Below, one piece after another: positions 8,666 through 15,461 of a DNA stretch of 64,000 nucleotides (position 1 is the stretch's first letter; each line of letters opens with the position of its first letter). The notes under the pieces were generated by a model, which saw only the letters and a program-made list of their open reading frames with translations, did not search any database and was not told where the DNA came from. Source of the DNA: a virus; IMG/VR virus record IMGVR_UViG_3300035670_000112, positions 23,418-87,417 of that record; one strand, written 5' to 3'. The translations under genes were made by a program, and so were the position numbers.

Positions 8666-9212
8666 AGAGTACTTCAAAGGTGATGAGCTTGCAGTTTCAG
8701 TATGGCAGGGTAAATATGCTGCAGATGGGGAGATCACCCCTGATGACATGCATAGACGCATGGCAAAAGAGTTTGCAAGGATTGAAAAACAGTATTCTGA
8801 TTCTTCAGAACCCTGGGAAATAAGAGTTGTAAAGACTGAGAATCTGAGCAGATACGGAAAAGATAGAAAACCTCTTGTAGAAAGTGTGATATACGATCTG
8901 TTCAAGGATTTCAAGTACATAGTACCTCAGGGTTCCATTATGTACGGGCTTGGAAGGAATGATAAGTACATCTCATTGAGCAATTGCTTTGTCATTGATT
9001 CAGCAAAGGACAGTTATGGAGGCATCTTCAAGACCGAACAGGAGCAGATCCAATTGATGAAACGCAGAGGAGGTGTAGGTCATGATATCTCAAACTTACG
9101 TCCTGAAGGTACTGCAGTGAGCAATTCAGCGGGAACATCAACAGGAGTGGTCTCTTTCATGGAAAGATTCTCCAACGCTACAAGAGAGGTTGCTCAAGCA
9201 GGAAGAAGAGGT
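8652..9212 (+). CDS. nrdJ: class II (B12-dependent) ribonucleotide reductase, exon 1
   Basis: SLSNCFV, KRRGGVG, GVVSFM, AQAGRRG; frame continues into exon 2 after splicing. Confidence 0.88.
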
Positions 9213-9578
9213 AAATAAAAATGTGCCTCAAAACTATGTGAACCTATAAATATAGGGTGTCTGAGGAGATTCAGGCTAACGGTGGAAACTATAATTTTGC
9301 CAAAAAATTATAATAATACCGTGCTAAGCATTTGTATATTTATGTTTTTGTTAGAAGGAAGAAGAAATAATCCTATTCCAAAAGGTAAAAGAAAGGGATT
9401 GTTCTTTGAGTATACAAATGAAAGTGTAACGACTATCGAACGGGTAACTGTCACAGTTGACAGTGAGTAACCAAGTAGAGTACATTTAAGGTGAAATTCC
9501 TTAAGTGGAAGCGCATAGGTGAGTAGAAACGTAGTTCTACTTGAAGATATAGTCTAAACGTGAAGAAATTCACTTTTG
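9213..9578 (+). mobile_element. group I intron (IA-like), 366 nt, in nrdJ
   Basis: 5' exon ends in U; P1 GAGGT(9208-12)/GCCTC(9225-29) with U.G at the splice site; P3 CTATGTG/CGCATAG; P7 GACTAT(9431-36)/ATAGTC(9549-54); P9 GTGAA-gaaa-TTCAC; terminal G 9578; splicing restores GRRG|ALML. Confidence 0.9.
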
Positions 9579-11612
9579 GCATTAATGTTAAGTATTGATA
9601 TCAATCATCCTGATGTTGCCAAGTTCGCAACGATCAAATCGGATCTTACAAAAGTTACAGGAGCAAATATATCAATAAGGGTCAATGATGAGTTCATGAA
9701 AGCTGTTGAGAATGATGAAGATTATATTCTCAGATGGCCCTGTGATAAAGAAATAGATGAGGAAATTGCTTTTAGACACCCATATAATGAAAGTATAATA
9801 GGCGAGTGGGGAAGTGTCACAAAGAAAATTAAAGCAAAAGAACTTTGGGATACTATCATTGAACAGGCAAGAAATAATGCTGAACCAGGTGTAATGTTCT
9901 GGGATAATGTGATGAAAGGCTCTCCTGACAGTGTATATGAGGAATACAGACCTGTCAGCAGTAATCCCTGTGGTGAACAGTTCCTTCAACCGTACGATAG
10001 TTGTAGACTGATGTGTCTGAATCTGTTCTCGTTTGTAAATGATCCATTCACTGATGATGCAGAGATCGATTATGATAAACTGTATCAGGTGGCCTATGAG
10101 CAACAGAGACTGATGGACGATCTTGTTGATCTTGAGATAGAGCATGTCGACCGTATCATTGAGAAGATAGAGAATGACCCACAGGATGACCTTATCAAGG
10201 GTACTGAACTTCAGCTTTGGAAGAACATCAGACAGACTGCACAGAGTGGTAGACGTACAGGCAGTGGTATAACTGCTCTTGGAGACATGCTTGCTGCAAT
10301 AGGAGTAAAATATGATTCTGATGAAGGTCTTGAGGTAGTTGAGAAAGTGATGTCGACCAAGATGAGAGGTGAGTTGGACTGTACGATCGATCTTGCCATT
10401 CTGAGAGGAAAGATTGAGGGATGGGATCCTAAAAAGGAATTCGGTACAGTAGTGGGTTATAAGGACACGAGATCAGTGGATATAAAGACTATAGGGAATG
10501 ATTTCTACCTTTCATTGATCAGAACCTTCCCTGAACAGGCTTCCCGTATGATCGATCACGGACGGAGGAACATCTCCTGGAGTACGATTGCTCCGACAGG
10601 CAGTGTAAGTATCCTTACAGGAACTTCAAGTGGTTGTGAGCCATTGTTCATGCCTTTCTATATGAGAAGGAAGAAGGTCAATCCTGACAATACTGATGTA
10701 CGGGTGGATTTCGTTGATCAGAATGGGGACTCATGGCAGGAATTTGCAGTATTGCATCCTAAATTCAAGGATTGGTGCATCACAGCATTCGGATTGAATG
10801 AGACTGCACAGGAAAGATTGAATGATAAGGATACTTTACAGAATCTTTTCACGAAGTCTCCATGGTACGGTGCAACTGCAAATGATATCGATTGGAAAAA
10901 ACGAGTGGAGATGCAAGCTGTGTTGCAAAAATATACTACCAATGCGATCAGTACTACACTTAACTTGCCTGAGGATACTACTACAGAGACCGTGAGTGAG
11001 ATATATCTGCACTCTTGGAAACAAGGTCTCAAAGGACAGACGGTTTATAGAGAAGGGTCACGTAGCGGAGTACTGGTGAATATAGATAACAAGCAGCAAA
11101 AGACATCATTTGAGTATCATGATGCTCCTAAACGTCCTTTATGTCTGCCTGTGGACATTCACACAACGGTTTCCAAAGGAGTCAAATGGAATGTCATTGT
11201 CGGACTGTTCGATGGTAGACCATATGAAGTGTTCGCAGTACCTTACTTCACCAATGAGACATCTCTGGAACTATGTAAGGTCAAAAAAGGAAGATACGAC
11301 CTGCTCAGGAACGGTGAAACATACAGTGAGGACATAACCTCTCAGATCACTGATGAGCAGGATGTACTGACGCGAATGGTAAGTACAGCATTGCGACACG
11401 GAGCTGATATCACATTCATCGTAGAACAGTTGAACAAGTCCCATGGTGATATCACCAGCTTCAGTAAAGCTATTGCAAGAACTCTAAAGAAATACATAGA
11501 TGAGAGGAAGATGGTATCAAGAGCAACCTGCACTGAATGTGGAAGTAATAACCTGGTTTTTGAAGAGGGTTGCCTTTCATGTAAGGACTGCGGTTCGTCC
11601 AAATGTGGGTAG
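9579..11612 (+). CDS. nrdJ: class II ribonucleotide reductase, exon 2 (spliced product 864 aa)
   Basis: TGANIS, AEPG, SNPCGEQ, IAPTGSVS, SGCEP, TSCPD-like domain and C-terminal EEGCLSCKDCGSSKC. Confidence 0.9.
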   Translation, partial: ALMLSIDINHPDVAKFATIKSDLTKVTGANISIRVNDEFMKAVENDEDYILRWPCDKEIDEEIAFRHPYNESIIGEWGSVTKKIKAKELWDTIIEQARNNAEPGVMFWDNVMKGSPDSVYEEYRPVSSNPCGEQFLQPYDSCRLMCLNLFSFVNDPFTDDAEIDYDKLYQVAYEQQRLMDDLVDLEIEHVDRIIEKIENDPQDDLIKGTELQLWKNIRQTAQSGRRTGSGITALGDMLAAIGVKYDSDEGLEVVEKVMSTKMRGELDCTIDLAILRGKIEGWDPKKEFGTVVGYKDTRSVDIKTIGNDFYLSLIRTFPEQASRMIDHGRRNISWSTIAPTGSVSILTGTSSGCEPLFMPFYMRRKKVNPDNTDVRVDFVDQNGDSWQEFAVLHPKFKDWCITAFGLNETAQERLNDKDTLQNLFTKSPWYGATANDIDWKKRVEMQAVLQKYTTNAISTTLNLPEDTTTETVSEIYLHSWKQGLKGQTVYREGSRSGVLVNIDNKQQKTSFEYHDAPKRPLCLPVDIHTTVSKGVKWNVIVGLFDGRPYEVFAVPYFTNETSLELCKVKKGRYDLLRNGETYSEDITSQITDEQDVLTRMVSTALRHGADITFIVEQLNKSHGDITSFSKAIARTLKKYIDERKMVSRATCTECGSNNLVFEEGCLSCKDCGSSKCG

Positions 11613-11621
11613 ATAATCAGT

Positions 11622-11725
11622 AAAGTAATAGAGCGAAACTCTTGATCAGAGTAGAAACAGCCGTAAATTCCATGGATCAGCTCGGTGATAATGGTGGTAA
11701 CATATACCCACCCGCTCTTAACTTT
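11622..11725 (+). ncRNA. candidate structured RNA (multi-stem intergenic element)
   Basis: Closing stem AGAGCG/CGCTCT enclosing ACTCT/AGAGT and GGTGG/CCACC hairpins; no family recognised. Confidence 0.3.
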
Positions 11726-11739
11726 TAATCAAAACAAAG

Positions 11740-12153
11740 ATGAGTAAATGTGAAATATGCGGCAAGGAAGGTTTTCATAAACTGAGCTGCCCAACGCAGA
11801 AGGTAACTGTGTTCCTATCGGATGAAAAAACGGATAACTTCTTTGAAGAACAAGATAAAAAGTACCTGAACGGTATAAGAGATCAAATAGAGAAACTGAC
11901 TCCATCTGATTACGAGCCTATGCCTAAAGAAACAGTGTCAATATTCAACGCTCTTATCCCTACACTTGAAGGAGACGAAGTAGAGGAGTTCATCCGTAAG
12001 TCAGAATCAGCAGAACGGGCAACAATTGACTGGAGCAGACAGATGAAACAGATGGAGTTGATTCTTGAAAAGTCACGGGTATCCAGAAGGATATCCAAAT
12101 ACAGCAAGGGCAACGTTCCTGTGGTCAAACGAAGTAAAGACGTAGAAGAATGA
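11740..12153 (+). CDS. hypothetical protein with N-terminal Zn-knuckle-like motif
   Basis: CEICGKEGFHKLSC (CxxC-x5-H-x3-C). Confidence 0.55.
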   Translation: MSKCEICGKEGFHKLSCPTQKVTVFLSDEKTDNFFEEQDKKYLNGIRDQIEKLTPSDYEPMPKETVSIFNALIPTLEGDEVEEFIRKSESAERATIDWSRQMKQMELILEKSRVSRRISKYSKGNVPVVKRSKDVEE

Positions 12154-12485
12154 AAGCAGAAGAACTACGCATCGGGAATTGGGTCGAAATAAAAGACCAA
12201 GAAGTTAAGACATACGCACAGGTTGAAGGGTTAGGAAATCTCCAACACGTTGCTGGACAATTATGGTCAATTGAAGAACTTGAACCGATACCACTAACAG
12301 AGGAATGGTTGACGCGGTTCGGGTGGAATCCGCCTAAAGACATAAGCGTATCTTTTTCATTAACCACGAACGATATTCATTTTGTAGCGGGTAACTACTA
12401 CAAGAAAATTCAACACGTCCACCAACTTCAAAACCTTTTTTACTGTCTTTGTGGACAAGAATTAACACTAAAACAAATAGCATGA
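12150..12485 (+). CDS. conserved Bacteroidota-phage hypothetical protein
   Basis: MKAEELRIGNWV...LEPIPLTEEWL...HVHQLQNLF pattern. Confidence 0.7.
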   Translation: MKAEELRIGNWVEIKDQEVKTYAQVEGLGNLQHVAGQLWSIEELEPIPLTEEWLTRFGWNPPKDISVSFSLTTNDIHFVAGNYYKKIQHVHQLQNLFYCLCGQELTLKQIA

Positions 12486-12664
12486 GAAAAGAATCTGCAC
12501 TTACGGTTGTAATTGCATTAATTGGAATGGCTGTATATTTTTGGCTTGGATATTATAACGGAATCAAGACACCAATGGAATCAGAAAATGAAATAATACC
12601 GATACTTAGAATTGAGCAAACAGAAAACAGAATAGACACAATTTACATATACAAAAGACCATGA
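12482..12664 (+). CDS. small membrane protein
   Basis: N-terminal hydrophobic helix; ends DTIYIYK. Confidence 0.6.
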   Translation: MRKESALTVVIALIGMAVYFWLGYYNGIKTPMESENEIIPILRIEQTENRIDTIYIYKRP

Positions 12665-12707
12665 GCAAAGAAAAAGTGAAAAGAAGTAAAGACGTAGAAG
12701 AATAGCC

Positions 12708-12938
12708 ATGCCAGACATTACGATGTGTACGGGTGAGAAATGCCCACTTAAGCAGATATGCTACAGACATACTGCAAAGCCAGATCGTTATCAAACATAC
12801 TTTGCAAAAGCTCCTGTACTTGGAGGAACGTGTGAGTATTTTTGGAGGACAGAACCAAAGAAGTGCAAGTATGTAAAAAGGGAAGGTGAAAGCTGTACCC
12901 TGAATGATAACTGTACATACCCTAACTGTAAAGAATGA
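12708..12938 (+). CDS. small Cys-rich protein
   Basis: MPDITMC...CPLKQICYR...CEYF and second Cys cluster. Confidence 0.65.
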   Translation: MPDITMCTGEKCPLKQICYRHTAKPDRYQTYFAKAPVLGGTCEYFWRTEPKKCKYVKREGESCTLNDNCTYPNCKE

Positions 12939-13711
12939 AAAAAAAAATGATAATATCGATTAGCGGAAAAGCAGGTTCTGGAAAGGACACTGTAGGAAAG
13001 ATCATTCAGCATTTGACATCTGAGTGGGCGGAAGATGAATATAAGGATTCCGACATGCTTGCTTTTAGAAGCGATTGGCAGATCAAAAAGTACTCTGACA
13101 AACTCAAGGACATAGTGTGTATTCTTATAGGATGTACCAGAGAGCAATTGGAAGATCAAGAGTTCAAAGAAACTCCATTGGGAGAAGAATGGACAAAATG
13201 GGGAATATTACGTCCCAACGGATCCAGAGTTATTGATATGCAGGCCACTTACGAAGAGGCTTTTGCAAGAAAGGAGAATGTCTGGCAGGATGGTTCCACA
13301 ATAGAGGAAGTTAAGTTGACTCCAAGAATGGTCCTTCAGTATCTGGGAACTGACTTTGCAAGGAATGTGCTTCATCCTGATGCTTGGGTGAATGCCTTGT
13401 ATTCTGAATACAGCCCGTTGTTTTACGAAAAAGATTCAGAAGGAAGAATTGAGATAGTTGAGGAAAAATGGATCATCACAGATTCAAGATTTCCCAATGA
13501 TGTCAAACGTACCCGTGAAATGGGAGGTATTCTTATAAGAGTGAACAGATCTGAATGTGAAGGTCGCAAGAATGAACACATTTCAGAAACAGCTTTGGAT
13601 GATTTTGATGAATGGGATTATGTCATTGAGAACAACGGAACCATTGAAGAATTGATAGAACAGGTAAGAACGATCCTTGAAGAAGAAGGAATCATAAAAG
13701 AGAAAGAATGA
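12935..13711 (+). CDS. deoxynucleoside monophosphate kinase
   Basis: ISGKAGSGKDT P-loop, TPRMVLQYLGTD, ITDSRFPND, HISE motifs of T4 gp1-like kinases. Confidence 0.88.
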   Translation: MKKKMIISISGKAGSGKDTVGKIIQHLTSEWAEDEYKDSDMLAFRSDWQIKKYSDKLKDIVCILIGCTREQLEDQEFKETPLGEEWTKWGILRPNGSRVIDMQATYEEAFARKENVWQDGSTIEEVKLTPRMVLQYLGTDFARNVLHPDAWVNALYSEYSPLFYEKDSEGRIEIVEEKWIITDSRFPNDVKRTREMGGILIRVNRSECEGRKNEHISETALDDFDEWDYVIENNGTIEELIEQVRTILEEEGIIKEKE

Positions 13712-14142
13712 AAATAGATTGGAATGAGATACTTGGACCTATTAAGATAGCTGAGTTGACATATGGAAAGGATGCATCAAGATTCAATGGTCTGAACATC
13801 ATCATCAAGGAGATAAATGACGTATCTGACAGATGGTTGGATTTCATCAAAGAGAACTGTATCCCAAAAAATGCAGTCTCTGACAGAGGGAGTAAGGATA
13901 TACTTGATGCACTTAACTGTGTAATGACCGATATCGAAATGCTCAGGGACAATAAATGGCAACCTGATGAGGAGTCATGCAGATGTACACTTGAGAATCT
14001 TGAACTGATAAGGGATCATATCATGACACATGGGTCATATACTGACAATGAAAAGGTCATGTTTGAACGTAAAAGCAGTCCCTTAAAGGAAGGGGATATG
14101 AGTTATCCAGAATTGACAAAGCCTGAAGATGTCGAAAGTTAG
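13708..14142 (+). CDS. hypothetical protein
   Basis: ATGA-coupled 144-aa ORF. Confidence 0.55.
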   Translation: MKIDWNEILGPIKIAELTYGKDASRFNGLNIIIKEINDVSDRWLDFIKENCIPKNAVSDRGSKDILDALNCVMTDIEMLRDNKWQPDEESCRCTLENLELIRDHIMTHGSYTDNEKVMFERKSSPLKEGDMSYPELTKPEDVES

Positions 14143-14151
14143 GGGTATCTT

Positions 14152-14249
14152 TGGTAACGTTTTGCAGCTAACATAAGTGGCTGCTTGTAAGAACTTCTGA
14201 ATTAAAAACAAATGCTTGTAGCAGCCATTTTTGTTAGGTGCTGTTATAA
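14152..14249 (+). repeat. attC-like imperfect palindrome 1
   Basis: TAAC...CTAACA...AAGTGGCTGCT / AGCAGCCATTT...TGTTAG...GTTA; AAC and GTT termini. Confidence 0.65.
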
Positions 14250-14267
14250 GTTGTAAAAATTACGGTA

Positions 14268-14459
14268 ATGGAAAACGAAACAAAAAAATTAACACAAAAA
14301 GAATTAGAAGCAAGAGCATTAATTGCAGGTGATTTGCTACGAGAAGGTGAAGTAACAAGAGTTGAAACGTTCAGAGTTGAAATTGATGCTGCTCTTGGTG
14401 AAAATACTGGCGATTTGAAGTTTGAAAAGAACACAGACTTTGAAGATGGTACGATGTAG
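14268..14459 (+). CDS. hypothetical protein carried in a gene cassette
   Basis: 63-aa AT-rich ORF between two attC-like sites. Confidence 0.6.
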   Translation: MENETKKLTQKELEARALIAGDLLREGEVTRVETFRVEIDAALGENTGDLKFEKNTDFEDGTM

Positions 14460-14472
14460 TAATTTTTATTGC

Positions 14473-14523
14473 TTATAACGATTTGCTAAACAACGTTTCA
14501 ATGTTGTTTAGGTACTGTTAAAC
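14473..14523 (+). repeat. attC-like imperfect palindrome 2
   Basis: TTATAAC-gatttg-CTAAACAAC...GTTGTTTAG-gtact-GTTAAAC. Confidence 0.65.
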
Positions 14524-14530
14524 CGATAAA

Positions 14531-14767
14531 ATGAACGACATGGAAAAGATTTTAATAGCACTAAAGGTTATTCAAGTTGTTTCAAATATTGATAGAAAAA
14601 AGAACGGACTTGAGTATTTGGGTAGAGGGTTTTCTAAAGCATACAGACTAAATCCATTTAACCCGTTAAGTTACATAATTGTAATTGTGGCGATACCTAT
14701 GACGATAATTCTCTATGGATTTATAGGTTTTTTCAAGCAGGTAACAAATCCATTTGAATGGGACTGA
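14531..14767 (+). CDS. small membrane protein
   Basis: RLNPFNPLSY followed by a hydrophobic helix. Confidence 0.6.
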   Translation: MNDMEKILIALKVIQVVSNIDRKKNGLEYLGRGFSKAYRLNPFNPLSYIIVIVAIPMTIILYGFIGFFKQVTNPFEWD

Positions 14768-14777
14768 ATTAATTAAG

Positions 14778-14867
14778 ATGAACGACATCACTAAGCACCT
14801 GCTGAAAGAATACCTACCGATTGTAATTGCCTTTATCTTGGGAGTGATAATGGGTTTATATCTCTGA
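14778..14867 (+). CDS. 29-aa membrane peptide
   Basis: MNDITKHLLKEYLPIVIAFILGVIMGLYL read by eye; below the ORF-track cutoff. Confidence 0.45.
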   Translation: MNDITKHLLKEYLPIVIAFILGVIMGLYL

Positions 14868-14877
14868 TGCATTATTT

Positions 14878-14912
14878 AAAAGGGGGAAGGGTTATTCCTT
14901 TCCCCCCTTTTT
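14878..14912. terminator. bidirectional terminator at the convergence of the two gene blocks
   Basis: AAAAGGGGGAAGGG-ttat-TCCTTTCCCCCCTTTTT; A-tract before and T-tract after the stem. Confidence 0.8.
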
Positions 14913-14923
14913 GCAGTCATTGG

Positions 14924-15079
14924 TCACTTTACCTTCTTGAGTCTCGGATTAGCTTTTTTTGCAGCAGGTGATGCTTTTCTGGTAGATGATGCAAGGATTG
15001 CTCCTGCACTCTTCATACTCACTCCCTGTTGCTTTGCTATCTTAGACTGTACTGCTTTGAATCCTGGGTGCTTTTTCAT
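14924..15079 (-). CDS. small basic protein (51 aa)
   Basis: MKKHPGFKAVQSKIAKQQGVSMKSAGAILASSTRKASPAAKKANPRLKKVK read by eye. Confidence 0.65.
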   Translation of the reverse strand: MKKHPGFKAVQSKIAKQQGVSMKSAGAILASSTRKASPAAKKANPRLKKVK

Positions 15080-15171
15080 TTTTTTACAGTTTTTGTTTTA
15101 CTGCCCTTCATCTTAATTGCTCCTCCACATTTCATCTTGGAGGGTTTTGTTGTGGTCATTGTTTTCTTCAT
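15076..15171 (-). CDS. small basic peptide (31 aa) with MKCGG motif
   Basis: MKKTMTTTKPSKMKCGGAIKMKGSKTKTVKK; ATGA-coupled to the next gene. Confidence 0.5.
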   Translation of the reverse strand: MKKTMTTTKPSKMKCGGAIKMKGSKTKTVKK

Positions 15172-15172
15172 T

Positions 15173-15460
15173 TCAGCATTTCCATCTTTTACGTGCCTGT
15201 CTCAATCTACTGTTAGGGTCCTTGGCAGCATCAGGATACATCTTCATCTGTCCTGCTGAACGGGCACAGAACGATTTTCTTCTTGCAGCTCTTGGACCAC
15301 TTGGGTCATCCTCTGTGACCGCTGTCTTCAATTTTGATCCTGGATTGGCCTTTCTATAGGCATTCACTCCTTTCTGTGTCATTCCTGCACCTGAGGAGGT
15401 GGATCTGTAATTCCCCCCTTTTCCTGTCGTCCTTTTTATCGGATTCTCTTTCTTTGCCAT
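15173..15460 (-). CDS. small basic phage protein (DUF6321-like)
   Basis: GMTQKGV...NPGSKLK...RRKSFCARS...ARKRWKC pattern. Confidence 0.7.
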   Translation of the reverse strand: MAKKENPIKRTTGKGGNYRSTSSGAGMTQKGVNAYRKANPGSKLKTAVTEDDPSGPRAARRKSFCARSAGQMKMYPDAAKDPNSRLRQARKRWKC

Positions 15461-15461
15461 G

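Larger units (their letters stand above)
12131..12703 (+). repeat. 21-bp direct repeat flanking two accessory genes
   Basis: GAAGTAAAGACGTAGAAGAAT at 12131-12151 and 12683-12703. Confidence 0.85.

Noticed and set aside
9282-9470. 62-aa ORF as a real gene
   Set aside because: It runs through intron core helices; at most its middle is an endonuclease remnant
8652-11612. nrdJ as a pseudogene, two-subunit enzyme or intein-containing gene
   Set aside because: The gap has group I intron structure and exact splicing restores the conserved motif; no intein motifs seen
11630-11718. Hammerhead ribozyme, tRNA or riboswitch assignment
   Set aside because: The CUGAnGA core, T-loop/anticodon geometry and riboswitch consensus are not met; kept only as an unassigned structure
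14152-14523. CRISPR mini-array
   Set aside because: The repeats are not identical direct repeats and the intervening sequence is a whole ORF
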